A DNA stretch of 64,000 nucleotides from Antedon mediterranea. Lineage: Eukaryota; Animalia; Echinodermata. The notes beneath the pieces are model-generated. The model saw only the letters and a program-made list of their open reading frames with translations, did not search any database and was not told where the DNA came from. Of this stretch, positions 1 to 11,734 are shown piece after piece (the stretch's first letter is position 1; each line of letters opens with the position of its first letter). The stretch spans positions 18,721,648-18,785,647 of the forward strand of contig NC_092673.1 in NCBI RefSeq assembly GCF_964355755.1, read 5' to 3'. The position numbers and the translations under genes were made by a program.

Positions 1-213
1 TCCACCACAAAAATATTTACAAAATTATCTCATTTAGTAGGTTTTTGCAATTTATTAAAAATCACCTGTCTCTCATTGTTACGCACAGTGAAAGGGTTAA
101 ACCACAATACTGTATTATACCAAATACCAACACATGGTTCATCTATATTCTAAATGCTATTTCCGTCATCCTCACAAAATACGATGCATGGTTGATAGTT
201 GGTTTTTTTTTAG

Positions 214-2079
214 GCCGCTAAATTTAGAGAATCTTTTGATAAGCTGGACAAAGGCATACTGGAAGAAGACTTGTTGCGAAAATTATGGAAAGATAGTAAA
301 GTTGACAACGGAAAGAATTTTGAGTTCCTTGTAGCACTGATGATTCAATTAGGTTTTATTTGTGAGAGGAAGACAACCATCAGCCAAGATGTGGCAAGTA
401 CATCTACAGTAGGTTTTGTTTCTTTAATCTTTCATTTTATGCATGTAAGATTTGGGATAAAAAGTATTATTTTAATAGTTTGGATGTTTAATGTTCAGAC
501 AAAGCTTGAATAAACTTTCTAATGAAAATGTCTACATGACAGAGTATCTTTAGTTTGCTTAAAATAGTTTAAATGGCATTGTTACAAATTAACAATTTCA
601 GAAATCAGTTGGAAAACGATCCTTTTTTGTGCCACTGCGACTTGCTATCAAGACAAGTAAAGTGAGACAATTACCTGATGATTCACAATCTATCAGCAGG
701 CCTATCTATTATGACTTTGAGGGATATCTGCCAGACGTGTTGTTTCCGTATTTAATTATTGAATTCCTTAACAAATTTCAAAAGGAAGGAGTTAACCCAA
801 TACTCGCATGTAATTATGCAGAACTTTACCTCGACGAAAATCATCATGTGACTTTGTCTCTTGACAAATTTATTACTAAGAATGATGAGCGAAAGTTCTT
901 GTTAAAGGTAATATATAATCTCTAATGTTCAATAAATATCACTAAATTATGAAAGTTAAATATTGTTGCTTAGTCTTTCCCTGATCTGTCATGTCAGAAT
1001 CTACTTTAAATGCATATAAAACTAAAACTAAATTCTGATAACAAAACATTACATCTATTTTTACTTTCTAGATGGCTATTAAAAGAACAGATTCTTTTGA
1101 TGAAACGAGTAATGAGGAGCCTTCAGCTGAAGCATGTAAATTGGTATGTATCTATACCAGTTTTGTTATCTATCTATTTGAAGGTAGTTTATGAAAATAC
1201 ACGTAGAAAGTTTTCTCCTCAATTTTTTGTCAGGTTTGCTTGATGTCTGAAAATGTCTGCATATTTACAATGTATACTGATTTTAAAAACCAATTACATA
1301 TTACTTTCCAACATTGCATTGTATAGTATAATAATGAATGTCTATGAGTTGGATGGTAAGAATATTTTATGAGTTGAAAGATTGACTGCACTATTTTTAA
1401 CAAAGCATAGCCGAAAATAGAGCAATCAATGAATAACATATTCTCTCCATTCAACGAATACAAAACATTCATTATTTATTTTATAACACACCTATTTTTG
1501 ATTAAATTTGTCCATCGTAAATCAGTGACGAATGTTAGGTCCGGGAAGCTAGGTCATTTAAAAAGGCGGTGATCCAACTTTGGACACGGAGTAGAACCGT
1601 AAACAGCGTAAACAAATTACATCCATGTTCTCTTTTATTTTTGTAATTGAATTGTAATTAATTTTAATATGTATCTGCCTATTCAAAGATTTATTCCCAA
1701 TCAAGTTTTCAGATTTACACCATAAATCTAAAAACATTGCCTGCCTCACATTACATAAAATTTCTAACTTTGTAAGCTACTGCACCATTGATGCTTTTAT
1801 ATTTGTTGATATGATATTTGTTAAATTCAATTAAATTCAAATCAACCTTAAATTTATATCTTTAGGTTTTGTCAACAGTTGAGAAGTCATTCAAGCAATC
1901 TAAAGATGGTGGTAGAAGAGGGATTCCATTCAAGAGATGCATTCCTTGTCGGTGTAGTGATCAATTAGACAAAAAGCATTTTCAAATTCTTAAAGATTTC
2001 CAATGCAGGAAGTTTACGTGCACAGAAACTGGCAAGTCTGTTACGATGGATGTCACATGTTACAAGCGGCTGTTTGGAG
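214..2079 (+). CDS. COR-like (C-terminal of Roc) domain exons of gene 1
   Basis: Motifs LDKGILEEDLLRKLW...FLVALMIQLGFIC, FFVPLRL, YDFEGYLPDVLFPYLI and a Cys-rich end (CIPCRC...C...C) resemble COR-A/COR-B of invertebrate ROCO proteins. Recognised by eye. Confidence 0.6.
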
Positions 2080-5000
2080 GTAAGAGTCATTAAATTTATT
2101 TATTTTAATTAAGTACATTTTCATTAATACACTACTTTCTTCATGAAGGACTCTCACTCATAGAGCACAGGAAACTGAAAAACAAAAGGCTATTTCTGTT
2201 CTATAAACAATTTGTGACCTATTTCTGCAAAAAAGTGACATGTTTAAATAATTATAGAATAGAAAAAGAGGATACCTTACCTTATTTGAAAATAGACATT
2301 TGATAATACTCTTCCAGTAGTAGTACAACAATCATTATTGATAATCTATACATTGTTACAACATGCTGCTATTAGCTGTGATATTTTCATTCCTCTTAAT
2401 ACCAGTAGTAGTACAACATAATCATTATTGATAATCTATACATTGTTACAACATGCTGCTATTAGCTGTGATATCTTCATTCCTCTAATACCAGTAGTAG
2501 TACTATCAGAATCATTATTGATAATCTATACATTGTTACAACATGCTGCTATTAGCTGTGATATCTTCATTCCTCTTACCAGTAGTAGTAGTATCAGAAT
2601 CATTATTGATAATCTATACATTGTTACAACATGCTGCTATTAGCTGTGATATCTTCATTCGTCTTACCAGTAGTAGTACTATCAGAATCATTATTGATAA
2701 TTTCTTCTTAGAGAATGAATTAAAATATTAACAATCTATTCAAGATATTTAGAATAAAAAAAATGTTAATGTTGGTTCAATATTATAAACCTTTTTTTTT
2801 TATTTGAGAAGAGTTTAATTTGTTGGCTCACTAGGATGCAACACAAGAATGTAGGCACAACAAGTAATTTGACCAATGACAAGTGAATAAGCTCAGATGA
2901 GCTGTGCATTGCATCTTTGTGTGCATCCATGAGATACTTTGCTGGACCCAATGGTGTCCACTTACAGGAGGTTCAACTAATATTTTTTATTTTATTTGCA
3001 GATGAAACAGAAAGAAAAAGAAGAAATTCAGATGAAGGTAATTGATTGAAATAAGTAGATAAGTTTTGCAAAATGTTGTACTTTTATGGACTCATTGATA
3101 TTTAATTATAATAAAGTATTTGCCTTTGTTAATGCTGTGCTGCCCTCAATGACGATTATTTGGATCTCTAGGATGCAACACAAGAACGTAGGCACAACAA
3201 TAGTAATTTGACCAATGACAAGTGAAGGATTACTTGCATAGCAATTTGATCTTTGTGTCTCAAGTGATTATAGTTAAACATGGTATGCAGTGCTCCTCCC
3301 CTCCCTTAAAATGGACCTGAAATGGATTTTCGATTTTTTTCATTTTAGAATGATGTTTTGGGGGCTATTAGGTGTTGCTAGAATGTATATTGTTACAAAA
3401 TATAAATTGGCCCTTTTGGGGAAAGCCCCATTTGAAAATCAAAAAAATTCGCGGGTGACGTCACTTTGCGAATATATTCCTACTGTATCCCTCCAATGGA
3501 CAATTTGCAGTTTTTTGGCTATAACTCTTGAAATCTATGGAGTATTTTCTAAAAAATGCTTGTGCATTTGCAGAAACGTATTTAGAATTTTTTTAGATAA
3601 AATTATTACCGTATAAACGGTTATTCATCGAGTAAATGACGATTTAAAATCTTAAAATCAACGGTTTTTTTCTGGCAATACCGAAGTTGGCCTGGCAACG
3701 TTGTCCGGGATACAGCTCCGTGCGCAATGATGCGTATCCATATTTTCCGTTCGTCTATTTTGTATCGTTCGTAATTTATACTGCTAAAATGTGTTAGTTT
3801 CTTTAGTTTTTAGTTTAGCAGAATTAAATTAGTAATATGAGATGATAATTTATTTGTCACAAATCAGGCAGTTCGAAAACGAATTTTATTCATATTTTAC
3901 TTTGGCTTGACAATGAGCGCAGCAAGTTGTTGATATAAACGGAGCCTCGCCGCATGATGTGGGTGGTGGATCGACTCCGCGCACTGGATTGGGGGCCTGC
4001 CTAGTAAAGGTTTGGGAGGTAGGCCTTCTAAATTCGGGTTTTAGAACAAACGAAGTACATTTTAGGGACCTATATTTCAACAACATTAGATATTGAATAA
4101 ATTAGTATTAGTGTCAACGCTTCGCGTATCTTTCCAGGCCGTCGATCATTCACTGACTATCGGGCGGCATACACGCTCTCGATATCATCGTGTGTATATG
4201 TGACGTCGTGAATATAGAGGCTTCCGACGGCCGTTGAAATAGAATATTGCAATGGCGTGAGTAATTTTCGCTAATTTACCATGGTATCTTAAAATTTCGT
4301 TTTTACTCAAAATACTATACATTTTGTTTTTATTGGGTTTGTGTTAATTTGATACATTTAAATAACATGTGTGAATTTCTTGAAAATCGAAATTCCATTT
4401 CAGGTCCATTTTAACAAACACTCAATTGATACTATCAGCTGAATCTGTCATAAGTAGGCACTTTTTTAAGCAGATACTTTTCTGGACCGAAGGGTGTCCA
4501 CTTACAGAAGGTTCACCTAGTGTAATATTTTTCATTTTATTTGCAGATGAAATTGGGCCAATGATGAGAAGAAGAAAAATACGATACCAAGGTGATTGAA
4601 ATATTATATATCAGATAAATAGATTATTTAAAAAAAATTTCAATTGTTACTATGTTTTACTCTTATGGACTCAATGATAATTAAATAGTATATAACATGG
4701 GTTCAAGGATGTACAGTAGCCAATCAGATGCGCTGAAATGAGTCACGTGTGCCCTCTTTATTTTTTCACTATCATGCACTGGAGTGCAAAAAGTGCCCAG
4801 CAAAAAAGCATAACACCACTGTGTGTAAATAGTGTGGCAGAGTATTAAACATTTTCCTATAGTAAATGTACATCTCATTTTGATCCTTTTTAGGCAGTGA
4901 TGATGAAGACCAAAATGAAGGCGCATCATCCAGTCACCAATCTCAGCCAAGAGAAGGTAAGTTACTAGTAGATAAAGATTATGATACGAAAAATCTCTCA

Positions 5001-8000
5001 ACCTATGGAAACACATGGTGTACTGGTTACCTGAATTTACTAGTATTTATTTGCACTCTGCACACCTTCGAACAATATATAATATAATAATAAAAACCTT
5101 TAAACAATATAATTATATATTATAGTCTCTAGTATGCAACACAAGAACGTAGGCACAACATAAGTGAGTGAGTGGCCGAGCGGTTAAGACAGTGGAACAG
5201 TAATCACGTAGCCATAACATCGGCAGGGGTTCGAGGCTCACTCACTCCATGGTTCTGGTGGTAGAACGAGTCTTCTCGGATAAGGACTATAAACCGTAGG
5301 TCCAGTGTACACAACTTGTTCGTGTGCACTTTAAAGAACCTAGTACATCTTTCGAGACGAGTAGGGGGTTACCCCGGTGTATTAGTACATCACAGCCACT
5401 GATCACCAACTGGGCCCTCTGGGAGATCAGTCTTCGACTGAAGAGGTCACCCAGTATAAAGATAAAACAAACAAACAAACAAATAAGTAATTTGACCAAT
5501 GACAAGTGAAGGATTGAATAAGCTCAGATGAGCTGTCGCTTGTTGTAGATTACTCGCATAGCAATTTTATCTTTGTGTCTCAAGTGATTATAGTTAAACA
5601 TCGTATGCACAGGGATACCTCTTGTAAGTCCCCCCTCCCTCTATACTATCAGCTGAATCCGTCATAAGCAGACACCTCTATAAAATACTTTTTCTGGACC
5701 CAAGGATGTCCACTTACAGAAGGTTAAACTGTAATATTTTTTATTTTATTTGCAGATGAAATTGGGCGAACGAAAAGAAAAAGAAGAAAACCAGGTCAAG
5801 GTGATTAATTGAAATTAGTATATTTAAACTAAATAGACCTATGTTTTATGTAACATAATAAACTAGTAATCAACTAGTGCTTTTTATTTTAGCAAAAGAT
5901 AATTTATCAATGTTCTAAAGGCAACAACAGAACTCGCTGTCAACATAATTCAACAGCACACAGACAACTGTAAAAAGGCATTGTGTACTATAAATATTTT
6001 CCTAATTTGAAATATACATCATCTTATTTTGATCCTTTTTAGGCAGTAGTGATAAGGACCAAAATGAAGGCACATCATCCAGTCACCAATCCACACAAAG
6101 AGAAGGTAAGTTACTAGTAGATAAAGATTATGATACGAAAAGAGTTTCTCAACCTTACAACTTTACTTCCTTAATAGAAACACATGGTATATACCCCTAC
6201 CCTGACTTTACTAGTGTTTATTTGCACTCTATGAAAACCTTACAACTTTACTTCATTTATAGGAACACATGGTATATACCCCTACCCTGACTTTACTAGT
6301 GTTTATTTGCACTCTATGCAAACCTTACAACTTTACATCCTTTATGGAAACACATGGTATATACCCCTAACCTGACTTTACTAGTGTTTATTTGCACTCT
6401 ATGCAAACCTTACAACTTTACATCCTTTATGGAAACACATGGTATATACCCCTACCCTGACTTTACTAGTGTTTATTTGCACTCTATGCAAACCTTACAA
6501 CTTTACTTCCTTTATAGAAACACATGGTATATACCCCTACCTTGACTTTACTAGTGTTTATTTGCACTCTATGAAAACCTTACAACTTTACTTCCTTTAT
6601 AGAAACACATGGTATATACCCCTACCCTGACTTTACTAGTGTTTATTTGCACTCTATGCAAACCTTACAACTTTACATCCTTTATGGAAACACATGGTAT
6701 ATACCCCTAACCTGACTTTACTAGTGTTTATTTGCACTCTATGCAAACCTTACAACTTTAATTCCTTTATGGAAACACATGGTATATACCCCTACCCTGA
6801 CTTTACTAGTGTTTATTTGCACTCTATGCAAACCTTACAACTTTACTTCCTTTATAGAAACACATGGTATATACCCCTACCCTGACTTTACTAGTGTTTA
6901 TTTGCACTCTATGCAAACCTTACAACTTTACATCCTTTATGGAAACACATGGTATATACCCCTAACCTGACTTTACTAGTGTTTATTTGCACTCTATGCA
7001 AACCTTACAACTTTAATTACTTTATGGAAACACATGGTATATACCCCTACCCTGACTTTACTAGTGTTTATTTGCACTCTATGCAAACCTTACAACTTTA
7101 CTTCCTTTATAGAAACACATGGTATATACCCCTACCCTGACTTTACTAGTGTTTATTTGCACTCTATGCAAACCTTACAACTTTACATCCTTTATGGAAA
7201 CACATGGTATATACCCCTAACCTGACTTTACTAGTGTTTATTTGCACTCTATGCAAACCTTACAACTTTAATTCCTTTATGGAAACACATGGTATATACC
7301 CCTACCCTGACTTTACTAGTGTTTATTTGCACTCTATGCAAACCTTACAACTTTACTTCCTTTATAGAAACACATGGTATATACCCCTACCCTGACTTTA
7401 CTAGTGTTTATTTGCACTCTATGCAAACCTTACAACTTTACTTCCTTTATAGAAACACATGGTATATACCCCTACCCTGACTTTACTAGTGTTTATTTGC
7501 ACTCTATGCAAACCTTACAACTTTACATCCTTTATGGAAACACATGGTATATACCCCTAACCTGACTTTACTAGTGTTTATTTGCACTCTATGCAAACCT
7601 TACAACTTTAATTCCTTTATGGAAACACATGGTATATACCCCTACCCTGACTTTACTAGTGTTTATTTGCACTCTATGCAAACCTTTAAACAATATAATC
7701 ATATATTATAGTCATGATGATATGATACTGACAAAGAAATTGATGTTTAAATGATGAATTTCTGGGATTATATTATAAAATAAAAAGAATAATTCTAATT
7801 ATTAACATAAAATAACAAAATTATAGGAATGGTATTTAGTTTTACTGTTGTTTCTAAAGCTGATCATAATGTTATGCACGTAGAACATTATTTTTTTTTT
7901 AAACAAGCGAGACAAGGTAGTTAATTTTTCACAATTTATTTTAACATTTTATTTATTTAACGATTTTCTACTTTGATCACACCTATGGTCAAAAACGTTT

Positions 8001-10140
8001 GTGATCACATTTTCAAATAAAACTACCTTGTCTGTACTTTTTTCGATATATTTCAGCATCATCATTTTTTGTACCAATTTTATTTAATTACTAGAAGATG
8101 GTATGGTGTTTTAGTACAGTAATTCATAATCATATTCAAGCATTGATTAGGATTTTAGCAATTATGATAATTATGCTAAATATATATATACAGTCAACTC
8201 TCCCAATACCGGACTCTCTGAAAATCAGAAACTCTCCCAATACCAGACTTTTTTTGAGGACCAAAAGGTCCCAAATTTATATTATTACATTAAAAACACA
8301 TTCCGAATACCAGACTTTCCGGAAAACCAGACTTATTTGGTCGGTATTGGGAGAGTTGACTGTATATATATTTAGCGTGCGTACAACTGAGGACTAGTTG
8401 TGTTCCAACCGTACCACGCCGAGAATGTTAAAGAGTCGTTATCCGATCGAGTTAAAGAACAATACCATGAAAGCCTCAGTGGTCTAATGGTTAGGGCAAC
8501 TGCATATCAAGCAGACGGTCCGAGTTCGAGTCTTGGTTGGGGCGACTTTTTCTCATTCTCACAGATTTCCTCATCTTTATCGTTTCAAAAATTAATTAAA
8601 TAATTTTCAGTGTATCACCGGGCGGTTTGGAATTTATTTCTATGCCTGTTGTGTTTATATATATATAAAAGTATCTCTCGAGATCCCGCTCAGTGAATAA
8701 ATATACTGAATTATAGATGAGGGCGTATCAATTTGATCTCTGGTGCGCGTGCGTACAACTGAGGACTAGTTGTGTTCCAACCGTACCACGCCGAGAATGT
8801 TAAAGGGTCGGTATCCGATCGAGTTAAAGAACAATACCATGAAAGCCTCAGTGGTCTAATGGTTAGGGCAACTGCATATCAAGCAGACGGTCCGAGTTCG
8901 AGTCTCGGTTGGGGCGACTTTCTCTCATTCTCACAGATTTCCTCATCTTTATCGTTTCAAAAATTAATTAAATAATTTTCAGTGTATCACCGGGCGGTTT
9001 GGAATTTATTTCTATGCCTGTTGTGTTTATATATATATAAAAGTATCTCTCGAGATCCTGCTCAGTGAATAAATATACTGAATTATAGATGAGGGCGTAT
9101 CAATTTGATCTCTGGTGCGCGTGCGTACAACTGAGGACTAGTTGTGTTCCAACCGTACCACGCCGAGAATGTTAAAGAGTCGTTATCCGATCGAGTTAAA
9201 GAACAATACCATGAAAGCCTCAGTGGTCTAATGGTTAGGGCAACTGCATATCAAGCAGACGGTCCGAGTTCGAGTCTTGGTTGGGGCGACTTTTTCTCAT
9301 TCTCACAGATTTCCTCATCTTTATCGTTTCAAAAATTAATTAAATAATTTTCAGTGTATCACCGGGCGGTTTGGAATTTATTTCTATGCCTGTTGTGTTT
9401 ATATATATATAAAAGTATCTCTCGAGATCCCGCTCAGTGAATAAATATACTGAATTATAGATGAGGGCGTATCAATTTGATCTCTGGTGCGCGTGCGTAC
9501 AACTGAGGACTAGTTGTGTTCCAACCGTACCACGCCGAGAATGTTAAAGGGTCGTTATCCGATCGAGTTAAAGAACAATACCATGAAAGCCTCAGTGGTC
9601 TAATGGTTAGGGCAACTGCATATCAAGCAGACGGTCCGAGTTCGAGTCTCGGTTGGGGCGACTTTCTCTCATTCTCACAGATTTCCTCATCTTTATCGTT
9701 TCAAAAATTAATTAAATAATTTTCAGTGTATCACCGGGCGGTTTGGAATTTATTTCTATGCCTGTTGTGTTTATATATATATAAAAGTATCTCTCGAGAT
9801 CCTGCTCAGTGAATAAATATACTGAATTATAGATGAGGGCGTATCAATTTGATCTCTGGTGCGCGTGCGTACAACTGAGGACTAGTTGTGTTCCAACCGT
9901 ACCACGCCGAGAATGTTAAAGGGTCGTTATCCGATCGAGTTAAAGAACAATACCATGAAAGCCTCAGTGGTCTAATGGTTAGGGCAACTGCATATCAAGC
10001 AGACGGTCCGAGTTCGAGTCTCGGTTGGGGCGACTTTCTCTCATTCTCACAGATTTCCTCATCTTTATCGTTTCAAAAATTAATTAAATAATCTTCAGTG
10101 TATCACCGGGCGGTTTGGAATTTATTTCTATGCCTGTTGT

Positions 10141-10176
<36 letters not shown>

Positions 10177-10727
10177 TCATAATATTGAAAACTTGCTTTT
10201 CTTCAACCATAGATTTCTCAGAGGATGATTTTCGACAGTTGATTACAGACTTTGCACAATGGTTTGATGAACGTGGACTCCTTAACAGGCTACAAGTTCT
10301 ATTCATAGAAATAGTAGGTGACGTTGAAGCAGTGAAAAAAGTTACCAGTACAATAAAACTTTTAGCTCTTTTAACTGCAAATGGAAAATTGAGTCAAACA
10401 AATCTGTCTGTACTGTATGATGCAATAAAAGTAACTGAACAATTTGGCTTTGAGTCAACTATCACAGAAAAGCTTCCTGCTTTCAAAGACATCAAGGAAC
10501 ATGAGGTAGTATCATTTCCTGCACACACCCTAACAATTTTTAAGCTAGGAAAAAGTCTTAGTGATTCAGATAAAGAAACTCTTGATGGACGATACAACTT
10601 CCCTGTCCTTAAGGGGTATACTGACAGCTGGAGTTTAATTTTGGATTTTGTTCCTCGAGGGTTGTTGAGTGAAGACAAAATTAAATCCGTTAAGAAGATG
10701 TTGAAAGATGAGAAAAAGTGGAGGTGA
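214..10727 (+). CDS. Gene 1 (5'-truncated by window): ROCO/COR-like protein with C-terminal tandem DED. Exons 214-408, 602-907, 1072-1143, 1866-2079, 3002-3037, 4547-4591, 4894-4956, 5756-5800, 6043-6105, 10213-10727
   Basis: Every exon has an AG acceptor and (except the last) a GT donor, phases match (0,0,0 then all 1), and the frame is open to TGA at 10725-10727. AATAAA at about 10769. Confidence 0.8.
2312..2700. repeat. 88-90 bp minisatellite, about 4.3 copies (intronic)
   Basis: atcattattgataatctatacattgttacaacatgctgct recurs at 2331, 2421, 2511, about 2599 and partially at about 2687. Confidence 0.95.
3310..4410. mobile_element. Non-autonomous TTAA-targeting DNA transposon, Kolobok-like
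   Basis: TIR aatggacctgaaatgga(t/a)tttcgatttt at both ends, TTAA duplicated at 3306-3309 and 4411-4414, RR...YY termini. Absent from the paralogous intron near 5630. Confidence 0.8.
5166..5482 (+). mobile_element. tRNA-derived SINE with Deu/Nin-like central domain
   Basis: A box tggccgagcgg, B box ggttcgagg, core ctcggataaggactataaaccgtaggtcc...ttaaagaacc...tttcgagacgagtagggg...ccccggtgt, (CAAA)n tail, TSD ataagt (5160-5165 / 5483-5488). Empty paralogous sites near 2860 and 3200. Confidence 0.85.
6151..7684. repeat. 85-bp minisatellite, about 18 copies
   Basis: Unit aaccttacaactttacttcctttatagaaacacatggtatatacccctaccctgactttactagtgtttatttgcactctatgca repeats at an 85-bp period. Confidence 0.97.
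8191..8362. mobile_element. Tc1/mariner-type MITE
   Basis: TIR cagtcaactctcccaatacc / ggtattgggagagttgactg flanked by TA. A lone related end occurs at about 17959. Confidence 0.8.
8473..8544 (+). tRNA. tRNA-like element or pseudogene, anticodon ATC (Asp-type), variant A with T5 terminator; second copy 9217-9288
   Basis: Folds as GCCTCAG/TTGGGGC acceptor, D arm with TGGTCTAATGG, CTGC-ATATCAA-GCAG anticodon arm, CCGAG-TTCGAGT-CTTGG T arm, followed by acttttt. Confidence 0.55.
8845..8916 (+). tRNA. tRNA-like element, anticodon ATC, variant B (perfect T stem, no T5); further copies 9589-9660 and 9961-10032
   Basis: Same cloverleaf with CCGAG/CTCGG T stem, followed by actttct. Confidence 0.55.
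10213..10727 (+). CDS. Terminal exon of gene 1: tandem death-effector-domain-like module
   Basis: FRQLITDFAQWF...TIKLLALLTANGKLSQTNLSVLYDAIK and HTLTIFKLGKSLSDSDKETL...SWSLILDFVPRGLLSEDKI follow the DED pattern of caspase-8/cFLIP prodomains. Confidence 0.7.
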
Positions 10728-10964
10728 CTTTGCAGTGGTTTATTGTTCAACATTGATATAACTATGCAAATAAACAATGGATTGCAATAACATAAATAAT
10801 GAAAATAATTATTATTTAGGGAACACTTGACAACTTTACACACTTCACATGGCCTATTGCAGCTAATGAGATTTAAAGCTATTCATTTTACTGTTTTTAT
10901 TTTTGGAATATTAAACACCAGAAACTTTTCAAATTGAACTCTCATTTCTTTAGCAATATATGTC

Positions 10965-11437
10965 CTGTATGTATTGTAATACTGCAATGCAGATTGTACA
11001 CTATAGTCTATCTTGTATGAGTAGCCATTTATTTGTCAATGTAGTGTTAGGGTGTCATACCTCAGTGTATGCATTATAATACCACAATGCACGTAGTACG
11101 CTATAGTCTATCTTGTATGAGCAGCCATTTATTTGTCAATGTATTGTTAGGATGTCATACCTCAGTGTGTAATTCCACAATGCAGGTAGTATGCTATAGT
11201 CTATCTTGTATGAGCAGCCGTTTATTTGTCAATGTAATGTTAGCGTGTCATACCTCAGTGTATGCATAATACCACAATGCAGGTAGTACGCTATAGTCTA
11301 TCTTGTATGAGCAGCCATTTATTTGTCAATGTATTGTTAGGATGTCATACCTCAGTGTGTAATTCCACAATGCAGGTAGTATGCTATAGTCTATCTTGTA
11401 TGAGCAGCCGTTTATTTGTCAATGTAATGTTAGCGTG
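10965..11437. repeat. About 93-100 bp minisatellite, left part (split by the LINE)
   Basis: Recurring tcatacctcagtgtatg...cacaatgcagg...gagcagccatttatttgtcaatgta. Confidence 0.93.
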
Positions 11438-11734
11438 AAAACGTACCGGTATTGACACTGAGTGTACTAACAGCTACAGAATCGGGTGTATTTTCCCGAT
11501 TTTTGATACAAATCTAACAGGATTTTGAAAATTTAGTAGGCTTATATATTTGGGTAATGTACTACTAGTATGAAATTTCAAGATCGGTGAAGATATTCTG
11601 TTAAGATTGATGTTTTTTATTCAGTCTCTGTGTCATTAAAAGCTAGCCCGAACTGTCATTGGGATCACCGTTTGTCCAACCTGTGTGAGCTCATTGTTTG
11701 ACCGGTAGCGTCCCCTTGAAATTGGCGCGTAGTG

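Larger units (their letters stand above)
8375..10171 (+). repeat. 372-bp tandem array (about 4.8 units), each unit with a tRNA-like gene and a (TA)n tract
   Basis: Exact 372-bp period; tRNA-like cores start at 8473, 8845, 9217, 9589 and 9961. Confidence 0.95.

Noticed and set aside
6354-7565. Repeated 63-aa ORFs (MVYTP...)
   Set aside because: By-products of the 85-bp intronic minisatellite; the period is not a multiple of 3 and there are no splice signals or domain motifs.
8400-10091. Five 67-aa ORFs in the 372-bp array
   Set aside because: Non-ATG starts, overlapping the tRNA-like core, with no protein motif.
8385-10100. Hammerhead ribozyme cores in the 372-bp unit (CTGAGGA on +; CTGAAGA...GAAAC on - in unit 5)
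   Set aside because: I could not build stems I-III around either core, and the minus-strand match is present in only one unit; needs an Infernal search.
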